From assembly GCA_014896315.1 (NCBI GenBank), contig JADBKP010000001.1, forward strand, positions 393,557 to 457,556: a stretch of 64,000 bases of DNA. The letters run 5' to 3'. Source of the DNA: Limnochordales bacterium. Lineage in GTDB: Bacteria; Bacillota; Limnochordia; Limnochordales; DUMU01. Made by a program: the position numbers and the translations under genes. Below the pieces are notes generated by a model that did not search any database, was not told the origin of the DNA, and was given only the letters and a program-made list of their open reading frames with translations. Shown here in pieces: positions 36,964 through 46,566 of this stretch (its first letter is position 1; the number at the start of each line of letters is the position of its first letter).

Positions 36964-37902
36964 TCAGTGATTGAACTCACACCGTCTCAAAGTCCAGGAG
37001 TCTGAGCCGTATTTCTCCCCCTCAAGCATCAGCGCCAGCTCCTGCTCCCGGGCGGTGAGCGTCCCTGGCTCTAGGGTGATGCCAAGGGCCTGGCAGAAAC
37101 CGGCGACCACGGCATCGGCAACCTCCTGCCATGCCACCTCTCGCCCCAGCACCCGGTCAAGAGCTGTGGCGTGCCCCCGCAATGCCCGTATGGCCTCCTC
37201 GTGGTCATCTTGCTCCTCGTGGTTGAGCAAGGAAAGGAAAAGCCCCTCATCCAGGTGAAGCAGGATCGAACCATGCTGCAGCAGCCCACCGTACCGGCGC
37301 ACTTGCGCGCTGCCCACAAGCTTTCTGCCCCCTGCAATCAGCTCGTACCACGAAGAGGAGGCAAAACAGGCGGCGCCTGCCGCCCGCCCCCTCCCGCGCC
37401 GTGAGCCGGAAGCCTCCTCTTCTGCGGACGATCTCTCTGCCCATCTGACGGCACCGCTCGTGAACGGAGCGTGAGGACCGTAAAGATCGACCGGCACTCC
37501 CAACCGGGTCAGCCCGGCCAGCAAGGCCCGGCTCAGATAGCGATATGAGGCAATGACACCGGCCGGCAGCTCCGGCAGATCGAGGGGCAAAACCACGCTA
37601 TACGTCACTTCCCGGTCATGCAGGACCGCCCGGCCGCCGCTGGGCCTCCTTACCAGGTCGTAGCCGAGCGCCTGCAGCCGCTCCCGGTTTACCACTTCCG
37701 CTCCCTGGTTGGCACCCAGAGAGAGTGTGGGACGAGCCCAGCTATATAAACGGAGGGTGGGAGGTGCCCGATGGGCCCCCACCTCCCGGAGAATCGCCTC
37801 GTCTACCGCCATCTGCCGGCTGCCTCGCGCCGGGATTTCCTCGCGCAGCAGTCGCCAAACTCGCGCCGGGGAGGAGTGCTCTGCGCTACCCCCGCCGCTC
37901 AA
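36964..37902 (-). CDS. Lipoate/octanoate-protein ligase family protein (LplA/LipM-like, BPL_LplA_LipB domain)
   Basis: AVDEAIL..PTLRLYSWARPTLSLG..GYDLVRRPSGGRAVLHDREVTYS..GGRKLVGSAQ. Directly downstream of gcvPB. I prefer the TTG at 37902 (7 nt after the gcvPB stop); the track ORF extends to 38082. Confidence 0.75.
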   Translation of the reverse strand: MSGGGSAEHSSPARVWRLLREEIPARGSRQMAVDEAILREVGAHRAPPTLRLYSWARPTLSLGANQGAEVVNRERLQALGYDLVRRPSGGRAVLHDREVTYSVVLPLDLPELPAGVIASYRYLSRALLAGLTRLGVPVDLYGPHAPFTSGAVRWAERSSAEEEASGSRRGRGRAAGAACFASSSWYELIAGGRKLVGSAQVRRYGGLLQHGSILLHLDEGLFLSLLNHEEQDDHEEAIRALRGHATALDRVLGREVAWQEVADAVVAGFCQALGITLEPGTLTAREQELALMLEGEKYGSDSWTLRRCEFNH

Positions 37903-37909
37903 CGGTCCT

Positions 37910-39415
37910 TCACCCCCGCTCCTCTTCCCGCCCTTTCTCCTTCTGAACCACCGCCTGGCGCATGCGCCAGTTGAGGACGGGATTGCGATTGGCACGTACC
38001 TCGTCCAAACGGGATACGGGCGTGGTGTGGGGCGCCTCCCGGATGACGTCGGGATTCTCCTTCGCCTCGCGCGCCACGGCAATCAGCGCCTCAGCAAAAC
38101 CATCCAGCGTCTCTTTGGCCTCCGTCTCCGTCGGTTCACACATAAGAGCTTCCTCCACCACAAGCGGGAAGGCTACGGTGGGCGGATGGTATCCATAATC
38201 GATGAGACGCTTGGCTAGGTCGGTAGCCCGCAAGCCAGACTCTTCTCGCTGCCGGCGAGCCGAGCAGACAAACTCGTGCATGCACCTGCGGGAGTAAGGA
38301 AAGACGTAGAGGCCCGACGCGCGCAGGCGAGCCTGCAGGTAGTTGGCGTTGAGCACCGCAGCTTCTGCTACCTGCCGCAGCCCGGTCGGCCCCAGCATGC
38401 GGATGTATGTATAGGCGCGCACCATGACCCCAAAATGCCCGTAGAACTCCTTGATCCTGCCTACTGACAGAGGGCCGGCCGGCTGCAGCCGATATTTCCC
38501 ACTTGTCGCGTCATACTCCACCCGCGGTCCGGGCAGAAACGGTATCAGCCTTTCGGTGACGCCGATCGCTCCCGCTCCTGGACCACCTCCGCCGTGGGGC
38601 GTCGAGAAGGTCTTGTGCAGGTTGAGGTGAACAATGTCAAACCCCATGTCACCGGGCCGGCATACGCCCAGGATCGCATTCATGTTGGCGCCATCGTAGT
38701 AGAGAAGGCCTCCGGCCCCGTGAACGATGGAAGCGATCTCGGTGATCTCTTTCTCAAACAGGCCCAGCGTGTTCGGGTTGGTGAGCATCAGCCCTGCCGT
38801 GGCCGGTCCGACCAGCCGGCGCAGCTCTTCCACATCGACGCCGCCCTCTTTGTTAGAAGGAACAACTACCACCTCGTAGCCGGCCAGGGCCGCGCTGGCC
38901 GGGTTGGTCCCATGGGCGGAGTCCGGGACAATTATCTGGCGGCGACTCTTCTCCTCGCCCCGGTGGCGGTGGTAGGCCTGGACCAGCAAAAGCCCCAGAA
39001 ACTCCCCGTGTGCCCCGGCAGCTGGCGCCAGAGTGATAGCGTGCATGCCCGTGATCTCGGCCAGGTACTGTTGTAGTCGGTACATAAGTTCGAGCGCGCC
39101 CTGGACCGTTTCCTCCGGCTGGTAGGGATGAATCCGGCTGAACCCCGGCAGGGCCGCGACGGCCTCGTTTATCCTGGGGTTGTACTTCATCGTACAGGAA
39201 CCCAGGGGATAAAACCCGACATCCACCGCCCAGTTGCGGTGGGAGAGGTCGGTATAGTGGCGGATCACCTCAAGCTCCGACAATTCCGGGAGCAGAAGCG
39301 GTCCTTGGCGGCGGGCACGAGGCGGGACCAGCTCATCCAGCGGCTTCGCAGGAACGTCTAGAACCGGCAACCGGTACGCACGCCGGCCGGGTGCACCCCG
39401 TTCAAAAATAGTCAT
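37910..39415 (-). CDS. gcvPB: Glycine dehydrogenase (aminomethyl-transferring) subunit 2
   Basis: [26 protein letters not shown] (PLP-lysine region) and about 500 aa in length. Confidence 0.95.
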   Translation of the reverse strand: MTIFERGAPGRRAYRLPVLDVPAKPLDELVPPRARRQGPLLLPELSELEVIRHYTDLSHRNWAVDVGFYPLGSCTMKYNPRINEAVAALPGFSRIHPYQPEETVQGALELMYRLQQYLAEITGMHAITLAPAAGAHGEFLGLLLVQAYHRHRGEEKSRRQIIVPDSAHGTNPASAALAGYEVVVVPSNKEGGVDVEELRRLVGPATAGLMLTNPNTLGLFEKEITEIASIVHGAGGLLYYDGANMNAILGVCRPGDMGFDIVHLNLHKTFSTPHGGGGPGAGAIGVTERLIPFLPGPRVEYDATSGKYRLQPAGPLSVGRIKEFYGHFGVMVRAYTYIRMLGPTGLRQVAEAAVLNANYLQARLRASGLYVFPYSRRCMHEFVCSARRQREESGLRATDLAKRLIDYGYHPPTVAFPLVVEEALMCEPTETEAKETLDGFAEALIAVAREAKENPDVIREAPHTTPVSRLDEVRANRNPVLNWRMRQAVVQKEKGREEERG

Positions 39416-39428
39416 ACACCCTCACCCC

Positions 39429-40799
39429 TTACGCCCCGGCGGCCGCGTTGACCGCCCAAGTTACAGCGGTGACCAATCTGTCAATCTCCTCGCGGGAACG
39501 GGCTTCAGTTACACAGACCAGGTACTTATGAGCCCATTCCTCTCCGGGTAGCAGAGATGCCAGAGGTAGCGGGCCTATGATACCCGCAGCGAGAAGCTGG
39601 CGGGTGAGTTCGGCGGGCTCTACCGGGATGGTGAGCACGAACTCCTGGTAGAACGGCCCCGAGAAAGCCAGGGAACAACCGGGGATTTGCTGCAGGCGCT
39701 CGGCCGCGTAGTGCGATTTTTGCAGGCAGGCCTCAGCCACTTCTCGCAGCCCTTGCGGGCCGAGGAGTGCCAGGTAGACCGCCGCCATAAGGGCGTTGTG
39801 CGCCTGGTTGGTACAGATGTTGGACGTGGCCTTCTCCCGCCGAATGTGTTGTTCTCTTGTTTGCAGGGCAAGAACAAAGCCGCGTCGCCCCTGCCGATCA
39901 ACGGTCTCTCCCACGATGCGCCCAGGCAGCCTCCGCAGCAGCTCCTGTCTGGCGGCGAAGAAACCAAAGTGGGGCCCGCCAAATGAGATCGGGTTACCCA
40001 AAGGCTGGCCGTTACCCACAGCAATGTCGGCACCCAGCTCTCCCGGCGGAGTCAGAATTGCCAGGGAGATGGGGTCGGCGACTACGATTGCCAGCGCTCC
40101 TGCCTTGTGGGCAAGTTCTACAGCCTGCTTTGCCTCCGTCTCGATGATCCCAAAGAAGTTAGGGTTCTGGACCACCACTGCCGCTGCCGCAACCTCCAGC
40201 TCTTTCGCGAGGGCGGCAAGGTCAACCTGGCCGGAGGACCGGTCAAAGGGCAGATCTACCATCTCCAGGCCGCGAGCCCGCAGATAAGTTGCGGTCACCT
40301 CTCTGTACTCTGGGTGAACGTTCTGCGGCACCAGGACGCGACGTTGTCCCGTCACGGCCGAAGCCAATAAGGCAGCCTCTGCGAGAGCGGTGGCCCCGTC
40401 GTACATGGAAGAGTTGGCGACGTCCATCCCCGTCAACTCCACCATCATGCTCTGGTACTCCCACATGGCCTGGAGCTCACCCTGGCTGATCTCAGCCTGG
40501 TAGGGGGTGTAGGCGGTGAGGAACTCGCCACGCGACACTATGGAAGTGACGGCTGCAGGGATGAGGTGATCGTAGGCCCCGGCGCCAAGAAAGCAGGGAT
40601 AAGTATCCAGGTCGCGGTTTACGGCTGCGAGCCTTCTCAGTTCCCGCCAGATCTCTGCTTCGCTGGCGGAAGGCGGCAGGTTGAGCTGGCCCTTGAGCCG
40701 GAGGGCGCTGGGAATGTCGGCGAAGAGCTGCTCGAGTGCGTTCACACCGATGGTGCGGAGCATCTCCCGGCGCTCGGTTTCGGTATGGGGAAGAAACAT
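39429..40799 (-). CDS. gcvPA: Glycine dehydrogenase (aminomethyl-transferring) subunit 1
   Basis: MFLPHTETERREMLRTIGV.., FLGAGAYDH, TAYTPYQAEISQG. ATG at 40799 with an AAGGGAGGGG SD. Confidence 0.95.
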   Translation of the reverse strand: MFLPHTETERREMLRTIGVNALEQLFADIPSALRLKGQLNLPPSASEAEIWRELRRLAAVNRDLDTYPCFLGAGAYDHLIPAAVTSIVSRGEFLTAYTPYQAEISQGELQAMWEYQSMMVELTGMDVANSSMYDGATALAEAALLASAVTGQRRVLVPQNVHPEYREVTATYLRARGLEMVDLPFDRSSGQVDLAALAKELEVAAAAVVVQNPNFFGIIETEAKQAVELAHKAGALAIVVADPISLAILTPPGELGADIAVGNGQPLGNPISFGGPHFGFFAARQELLRRLPGRIVGETVDRQGRRGFVLALQTREQHIRREKATSNICTNQAHNALMAAVYLALLGPQGLREVAEACLQKSHYAAERLQQIPGCSLAFSGPFYQEFVLTIPVEPAELTRQLLAAGIIGPLPLASLLPGEEWAHKYLVCVTEARSREEIDRLVTAVTWAVNAAAGA

Positions 40800-40874
40800 T
40801 ACTATCCCCTCCCTTTCGGCAGGCAACCGCCGTCGGGCCGGCAGTGGCGGTTGTGACTGCTTCCGTCTTTCCTC

Positions 40875-41276
40875 TCAGTCTTCACCACCGTCTGCCTCTT
40901 CGCCCGCGACCGAGGCGCGGTACTCGTCCGCAGTCATGAGGTTGTCCAGTTCGGATGGGTCGCTCAGCTCGACCTCTACGATCCAGCCATCCTCGTAGGG
41001 AGACTGGTTGATCAACTCCGGGCTGTCCGAGAGCCGGTCATTGACGGCCACCACCGTGCCGGAGACGGGAGCATAGACGTCCGAAACCGACTTTACGGAC
41101 TCGATAACAGCAAAGGCCTGTCCGGCAACAAGCGTGTCTCCCACCGAAGGCAGGTCCACGAAGACCACATCCCCGAGCTCGCTTTGGGCATAATGGGTGA
41201 CACCTATGCGAGCCTTATTGCCCTCGACTTTGACCCATTCGTGCTCGGAGCTGTAGCGCAGGTCTTCCGGATACAT
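40875..41276 (-). CDS. gcvH: Glycine cleavage system H protein
   Basis: [46 protein letters not shown] (lipoyl-lysine motif). ATG at 41276 with an AAGGAGG SD. Confidence 0.95.
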   Translation of the reverse strand: MYPEDLRYSSEHEWVKVEGNKARIGVTHYAQSELGDVVFVDLPSVGDTLVAGQAFAVIESVKSVSDVYAPVSGTVVAVNDRLSDSPELINQSPYEDGWIVEVELSDPSELDNLMTADEYRASVAGEEADGGED

Positions 41277-41348
41277 AGGGGTACCTCCTTGTCTGCTTGT
41301 TTGCAGTACATGGGCGTGCAGGGACTCCTCGGTAGTCCTTGCTGACAT

Positions 41349-42575
41349 TTAGCGCTTGATGTGAGACGGAACCAGCGGGGCACGGGCTACCCGAGCTGGA
41401 TGGGTCTCTCCCCTGATCTCAACCTCAAGCTTTGTACCCACAGGAACCAGAGATGTGGGCACATACCCGAGAGCAATCCCTCTCTCCAGAGTAGGGGAAA
41501 ACCCTCCGCTTGTCACGGTCCCAACCTGTTTCCCGCGGTACACGATCGGACAGCCGCGCCTGGGGATAGCATGGTCCTCCATTACCAGGGCAACTAGCTG
41601 CCGCTTGATCCCTTCTATCTTCTGGCGGACCAGGGCCGTCCTGCCGACGAACAGCCCTTTCTGGAACTTGACCGCCCATCCCAAACCGGCCTCAAGGGGC
41701 GTAATGCTCTCATCTATGTCGTTCCCGTACAGCGCATACTTCATCTCCATGCGCAAGGTATCCCGGGCACCCAGGCCCGCGGGTGTGAGGCCCTTGGGGC
41801 TGCCGGCCGCAAGGAGTGCATCCCATACCGCCTCTGCTTCCTGTACGTCGATATACAGCTCGAACCCATCCTCGCCGGTGTAACCGGTGCGCGCCACCAG
41901 GGCGGGCACCCCCGCCACTCTCCCCCAGTCACACCAGAAGTAACGCAGCTCGCTCAGGGGTGTTTCCAGCGACGCTATCGAACGGAGAATCTCTTCAGCA
42001 CGCGGCCCCTGTACCGCGAGCAACGCAATACTGTCGCTGGCGTCGATCAAGTTGGGTTGAGGTGAGAAGTGGTCTTTCCTATCCGGACCCGCGAGTTCCG
42101 GATTGGAGAGTAGCCTCTTCCACCAGGACAGATCCTTTTCCCGGCAGGACGCGTTGACAACCACCAGGAAGCTGGCTTCACCTTCCGGCGAGTCGGTCTG
42201 GCGGCAGACCCGCTTATACCAGCGCGGGAGCGAGCCCAAGCTCTCCGAGCGTGGCAACCGGTAGATTACGATGTCGTCCACGATTCCCCCGTCTGGCAGG
42301 CACAGACAGCTGTACTGTGCCTGCCCCGACTCGAGGCGGGCAGGATCGTTAGTAATGCTCCAGGCCAAAAAGGGTAGGGCGGCTTCGCCCGTTATCAGCA
42401 CCTCGCCCATGTGGCAGAGATCGAAAAGGGCGGCGGCCTGCCGCACTGCGCGATGCTCCGCTAGAATCCCTGTGTACTGCAACGGCATTCGCCACCCGGC
42501 AAAGGTGGTCCAGCGTGCTCCCAACATCGCGTGGCGAGAGGCAAGTGGAGTTGAACGGATCTGCTGCTGGTTCAT
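41349..42575 (-). CDS. gcvT: Glycine cleavage system aminomethyltransferase T
   Basis: STPLASRHAMLGARWTTFAGWRMPLQYTGILAEHRAVRQAAALFDLCHMGE, ARTGYTGEDGFE. It carries an internal insertion relative to typical proteins of about 365 aa. Confidence 0.9.
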   Translation of the reverse strand: MNQQQIRSTPLASRHAMLGARWTTFAGWRMPLQYTGILAEHRAVRQAAALFDLCHMGEVLITGEAALPFLAWSITNDPARLESGQAQYSCLCLPDGGIVDDIVIYRLPRSESLGSLPRWYKRVCRQTDSPEGEASFLVVVNASCREKDLSWWKRLLSNPELAGPDRKDHFSPQPNLIDASDSIALLAVQGPRAEEILRSIASLETPLSELRYFWCDWGRVAGVPALVARTGYTGEDGFELYIDVQEAEAVWDALLAAGSPKGLTPAGLGARDTLRMEMKYALYGNDIDESITPLEAGLGWAVKFQKGLFVGRTALVRQKIEGIKRQLVALVMEDHAIPRRGCPIVYRGKQVGTVTSGGFSPTLERGIALGYVPTSLVPVGTKLEVEIRGETHPARVARAPLVPSHIKR

Positions 42576-42955
42576 CCTGTGTACGTCCTGCCCTCGGCGG
42601 AGGCATCAGGACATCCTCCCCCCCTTGCACACCCGGGCAATTGATCGGCCCTGGCTTAGCCTAGATATAGTTACCCAAGCGGAAAGCCATTCCTCCTTTG
42701 CTTGTTCACCGTTTCCGCGGATAGGCAGGAGGACGTGAACCGTGGGAACCTCTGTTTTCGCCCTTCGATATACTGTAGCGACGCTGTGTCAGGGAGGGAT
42801 CGGGTATGGAGCGACTGCTGCGTGGCCTTTTAGGGCCGGTAATGCGTTGGCGAAAGGGCGCTTTTTTTCTTGTCGTGCGCATGCCTCGGCGGCGCCGCTG
42901 ATCGCGGTCTGCTTGCCCGGACCACCCGGGGGCAGGGGATAGGAGGGGGTACGCG

Positions 42956-44017
42956 ATGGGTGCAGAGCACCGCATCCAGGACGTAGCTGCATTACAGGCG
43001 AAGGTGACTGCCAGTGTCCGCCGCAAGCCGAATGTTGTGGGATGTGGGGTCGGTTACAAGCATACTGCCGGCCGCCCCACGGATTCCATCTCCTTGCTGG
43101 TCCTCGTTCGGAAGAAGGAGCCGGAAGGAGTCCTGGGTCAGAGTGAGCGGGTGGAGAAGGAGATTGGTGGCGTCCCCACTGACGTGATTGAGGTAGGTGA
43201 TGTGCGCCTCTTGGGGTCACCCCCGGCCGCTGCCTGGCAGGAGGCCAACCCGAGCCTGCGCCGAGTACCGGAACCGGAACGCTTGCGGCGGGTCCGACCC
43301 GCGCCGGCGGGGGTCTCAATCGGCCACTACCAGGTATCGGCCGGAACCTTTGGCGCAGTGGTCAGGCGTCGCGGGCGTCTGTACATCCTGTCCAATAACC
43401 ATATACTGGCTAATGCAAGCAACGGCAGAGACGGTAAGGCAAAGATAGGAGACCCCATTCTTCAGCCGGCCGCATACGATGGAGGGGTCGTAGGTCAGGA
43501 TACCATCGCGTTCCTTGCGGCCTTCGCACCGTTATACCGCGCCAACGACGTCACCCAGCATTCAGCGCTGACTCGCGGTCTGGACCGTCTTCTCAGGGCT
43601 CTTTTCGGGGTACGGGTTACGACCGATCGCCCGCTCCGGAACACCGTCGACGCGGCGCTGGCAAAACCTATTGACGAAACTGTCATTTCCCCGGAAATAT
43701 TCGGTATCGGCCGGGTCTCCGGCGTGGGCCGTCCCGAACTTGGGATGAAGGTCCGCAAGAGTGGAAGGACTACTGGAATAACGGAGGGAAGACTGCTGGC
43801 CGTTCATGTGGAGATGGAGGTTGGCTATGGGGATAGCAGCGTGGAGTTTGCTGATCAGCTGCTTTTCACTCGCATGAGCGATCCGGGAGATTCTGGTTCT
43901 TTGGTGATGAGCGAAACCGGTCAGGGTATTGGCTTGCTCTTTGCCGGCAGTGACAAAGCGACACTGGCCAACCCATTGGATAAGGTTCTGCAGGCGTTCG
44001 ATGCCACGTTGGTCTGA
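42956..44017 (+). CDS. Chymotrypsin-fold (S1-like) serine protease with an N-terminal pro/accessory domain
   Basis: Candidate catalytic triad contexts: SNNHILAN (His), VDAALAK (Asp), GDSGSLV (Ser). AGGAGGGGG SD 6 nt before the ATG. Confidence 0.65.
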   Translation: MGAEHRIQDVAALQAKVTASVRRKPNVVGCGVGYKHTAGRPTDSISLLVLVRKKEPEGVLGQSERVEKEIGGVPTDVIEVGDVRLLGSPPAAAWQEANPSLRRVPEPERLRRVRPAPAGVSIGHYQVSAGTFGAVVRRRGRLYILSNNHILANASNGRDGKAKIGDPILQPAAYDGGVVGQDTIAFLAAFAPLYRANDVTQHSALTRGLDRLLRALFGVRVTTDRPLRNTVDAALAKPIDETVISPEIFGIGRVSGVGRPELGMKVRKSGRTTGITEGRLLAVHVEMEVGYGDSSVEFADQLLFTRMSDPGDSGSLVMSETGQGIGLLFAGSDKATLANPLDKVLQAFDATLV

Positions 44018-44302
44018 CGGTCTCCGGGCTCCACGGGGGCTGCTGTCATAGCTCCTTCGGTTCTTTTCCTTTCGTCTGGATCGCGTAAGGTGTTCCCTTT
44101 CGGCCACGGACGGCGTTTTCAACTCAATACAAGCGCTATTCCGCCATAGAGGTCTGGGAGGGCCTTGAGCGAACAGGGGTTCGGGAAGAGAACCGCATTG
44201 GCTTGCCGTCCCTCCGTTGCTAGCGGCGTATCAGACCCGCCTTTGCCGCATATACTGACCACCACCGGGGTTCAATCCCAATTCGCGGCAAAGGAGCAAC
44301 GT

Positions 44303-44941
44303 ATGGAGCTTGGGGGCCTTTCCATACGCGGTCGGTTGCAGTCGGGGGCGGTGCGGGTTTTCTACGGAGAGCATGGGGCCGCGCAGCATCTCGCGCGCGG
44401 TATTCTAGTGCTGCTTGATGAACTGAACATGGTGGATCAGCGTTGGATAGTTGTCTGCGTCGGCAGTGACAGGTCGACGGGAGACGCGCTTGGTCCGCTG
44501 GTCGGCGAAAAGCTGAGCCTGGCCAGGCCACCAGGAGTTCTCGTCTTTGGCACGCTCGAGCAACCCGTTCATGCCACGAACCTGGGAGACGTTCTCGCGA
44601 CGATAAGGCAGAGATTTCCTCCCGTTCCCGTGCTCGCGGTTGATGCCTGCCTGGGCCAGGCGGAGAACGTCGGCTACATCTCGTTGCGTCCGGGACCCCT
44701 GCGCCCGGGAACAGGGGTTAACAAGCAGTTGCCGCCCGTCGGTGATCTGCATTTGGTGGGCGTAGTCAACGTCGGGGGGTTCATGGAGTATTTCGTCCTG
44801 CAGAATACTCGCCTGAGTCTGGTCATGCGGATGGCAGATGTAATCAGCGAGGGCTTGCTGCTCGCGGCTCAGTCGCGCCAGGCGTTTGCCAGGGCGGACG
44901 CCGCTTGTACCCGTTTTCCTGATCACGCCGTTCCGGACTGA
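44303..44941 (+). CDS. yyaC: Putative sporulation protein YyaC (DUF1256, spore-protease-like)
   Basis: VVCVGSDRSTGDALGPLVG..VLAVDACLG..PGTGVNK..VGDLHLVGVVNVGG matches YyaC. AAAGGAG SD and ATG at 44303; the track ORF over-extends upstream. Confidence 0.8.
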   Translation: MELGGLSIRGRLQSGAVRVFYGEHGAAQHLARGILVLLDELNMVDQRWIVVCVGSDRSTGDALGPLVGEKLSLARPPGVLVFGTLEQPVHATNLGDVLATIRQRFPPVPVLAVDACLGQAENVGYISLRPGPLRPGTGVNKQLPPVGDLHLVGVVNVGGFMEYFVLQNTRLSLVMRMADVISEGLLLAAQSRQAFARADAACTRFPDHAVPD

Positions 44942-45024
44942 CACTCACGCCGGAGCGGGTTATGGAGGGGAGGCGCAACCCGGACGGGTTTGGCGTGCCT
45001 CCCCTGTCCCGCCTCTGCCGGTAC

Positions 45025-45267
45025 TCACATGAGCCGTTCTTTGAGGGCGGCAATCACTTCCTCCGGCGACTTGCCATCCGCGCTGATGACCGGAGCGCTG
45101 GTCTTGATGTCCTGGGCTCCGGTCAGGTCCTGGCTCATGCCGCTGGTGACCGCGGCGTCCGCCCGGTCCAGGCCCTCGGCGAGGCCAACTACCTGGAAAC
45201 CGGCTCGTGCCAGAGGATCCCGCAGGTAGCTCAGCTTATCATCCAGGGCGACCACCCTGCGAACCAT
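45025..45267 (-). CDS. YkuS/UPF0180 family protein
   Basis: An 80-aa product, MVRRVVALDDKLSYLRDPLARAGFQVVGL..DAAVTSG, with the typical YkuS layout. Confidence 0.7.
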   Translation of the reverse strand: MVRRVVALDDKLSYLRDPLARAGFQVVGLAEGLDRADAAVTSGMSQDLTGAQDIKTSAPVISADGKSPEEVIAALKERLM

Positions 45268-45321
45268 ACCGAGCCCCCTTTCGCTGGTCTACGGACTTAG
45301 TCTGCGCCGGTCCCCCGCATC

Positions 45322-46503
45322 CTATCGAGCCAGGGGAGTGGTGGGGTCAGGGGTGTTTTCTTTGGACGTCGCCCGCAGGCGCCGCAACCAGCCGAAAAGG
45401 CCGCCGGCCGAGGGCGGTGGGGATAGGTTAAGGAGCTTCGCTGCGAGGGCGTAGACATCCCGGGCCGCGCGCGAGGCCGGGTACGATAAGATGAGCGGCT
45501 GCTGCCGGCGGACCGAGAGCGCTACCGCCGGATCAAACCGAAAGAGTCCCAGTAACTCCAGATCCACATTAAGGAAGCGGCGGCAGGCAAAGATCATTTT
45601 CTCGGCCACTCGCTCTCCCTCCTCAGCACTGCGGCTCATGGCCACTACCAGGTGGAAGGTACTGCCTGGACGTTGTCCGCTCACTACCTTCACCAGCGCG
45701 TAGGCATCGGTGATGGCGTGCGGCTCAGGCGTGGTCACCAGGATGATCTCGCCGGCTGCCAAAAGGAAGCTGGTCACCCGCCGGGAGAGGCCAGCGCCGG
45801 TGTCGAAAAGGAGCAGATCCGCTCTTCGATCGAGCTCGCCCAGTTGCGCGTAGAGCCGCTGGAAGCGGTGATCGTCGAGGTCGGCCAGCTCCTGCACCGC
45901 TGAACCGCCGGGCAGAACGAGCAGCCCTTCAGGCCCTTCAACCAGGATCTCTGGCAGCGGACGTTCCGAACGGACCAGGTCGGTCAGCGTGTAGCGGGAC
46001 GGCAGGTTGAGGAGGACATCAACATTTGCCGTGCCCAGGTCGGCGTCGACGAGGACGACACGTTGGCCGGCGCGCTGCAGGGCGATGGCAAGGTTGATGG
46101 CTAAGACGGTCTTGCCGACACCGCCTTTCCCGCTGGATATGGCGAGGGCGCGTTTGGTCGGACCGGATTGCGGCGGCGGTGCAGGCGGCTGCGGAATCCC
46201 GAGGACCAGGCAGCGGGTGCTTCCCGCCTCGCGGTCAATCACCCGCCACCTTGTAGGCGGATGGGCGCCGTCACCGGGAAACACGTTAACCATCGTTCCT
46301 ACCGGAATGAAGACAAGCTTGCCGTTCTCCTCCGGGAGCGTAATGCGCATCTGACCGTTATGGTAGGCCAGGACTGTGCTGCGGTAGGTTCCTCGGTGAA
46401 CGGGCGACTCCGCCGTGAGGCGGATAACCTGCTGCGGTTGAAAGGCGGGAATCTCTTGTTCTCCCGGGAATTCCTGAGTGGGCCTGTCAGCCAGAGGTAC
46501 CAC
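45322..46503 (-). CDS. MinD/ParA/FlhG-type P-loop ATPase with an N-terminal ~130-aa PilZN/PilZ-like extension
   Basis: Deviant Walker A AISSGKGGVGKTVLAINLAIAL, then VLVDADLGTANVDVLL. The N-terminus VIRLTAESPVHRGTYRSTVLAYHNGQMRITLPEENGKLVFIPVGTMVNVF resembles YcgR-N/PilZ beta-barrels. The GTG start at 46503 has a poor SD, so the start is uncertain. Confidence 0.7.
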   Translation of the reverse strand: MVPLADRPTQEFPGEQEIPAFQPQQVIRLTAESPVHRGTYRSTVLAYHNGQMRITLPEENGKLVFIPVGTMVNVFPGDGAHPPTRWRVIDREAGSTRCLVLGIPQPPAPPPQSGPTKRALAISSGKGGVGKTVLAINLAIALQRAGQRVVLVDADLGTANVDVLLNLPSRYTLTDLVRSERPLPEILVEGPEGLLVLPGGSAVQELADLDDHRFQRLYAQLGELDRRADLLLFDTGAGLSRRVTSFLLAAGEIILVTTPEPHAITDAYALVKVVSGQRPGSTFHLVVAMSRSAEEGERVAEKMIFACRRFLNVDLELLGLFRFDPAVALSVRRQQPLILSYPASRAARDVYALAAKLLNLSPPPSAGGLFGWLRRLRATSKENTPDPTTPLAR

Positions 46504-46537
46504 CTCCGCCCGGCGGCGGGTTTTCTCGCTCTACCCG

Positions 46538-46563
46538 GCCAATGTTCCACGTGGAACATTGGC
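46538..46563. promoter_or_regulatory. parS: parS centromere site (perfect 26-bp palindrome containing TGTTCCACGTGGAACA)
   Basis: GCCAATGTTCCAC|GTGGAACATTGGC. The central 16 bp fit the parS consensus TGTTNCACGTGAAACA. It lies in the 63-bp gap between the parB stop and the MinD-like gene start. Confidence 0.85.
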
Positions 46564-46566
46564 AAA

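Noticed and set aside
42576-42955. A call of a canonical tandem glycine riboswitch upstream of gcvT
   Set aside because: One is expected from the gene context, but the conserved aptamer core sequences are not recognisable by eye on the sense strand. I report it only as an unexplained leader pending a covariance-model search.
44018-44302. Upstream extension of yyaC (track ORF from 44165) and a possible forespore-type promoter near gcatatactga
   Set aside because: The extension lacks homology, and the internal ATG at 44303 has a strong AAAGGAG SD. The promoter resemblance is too weak to call without a transcription start.
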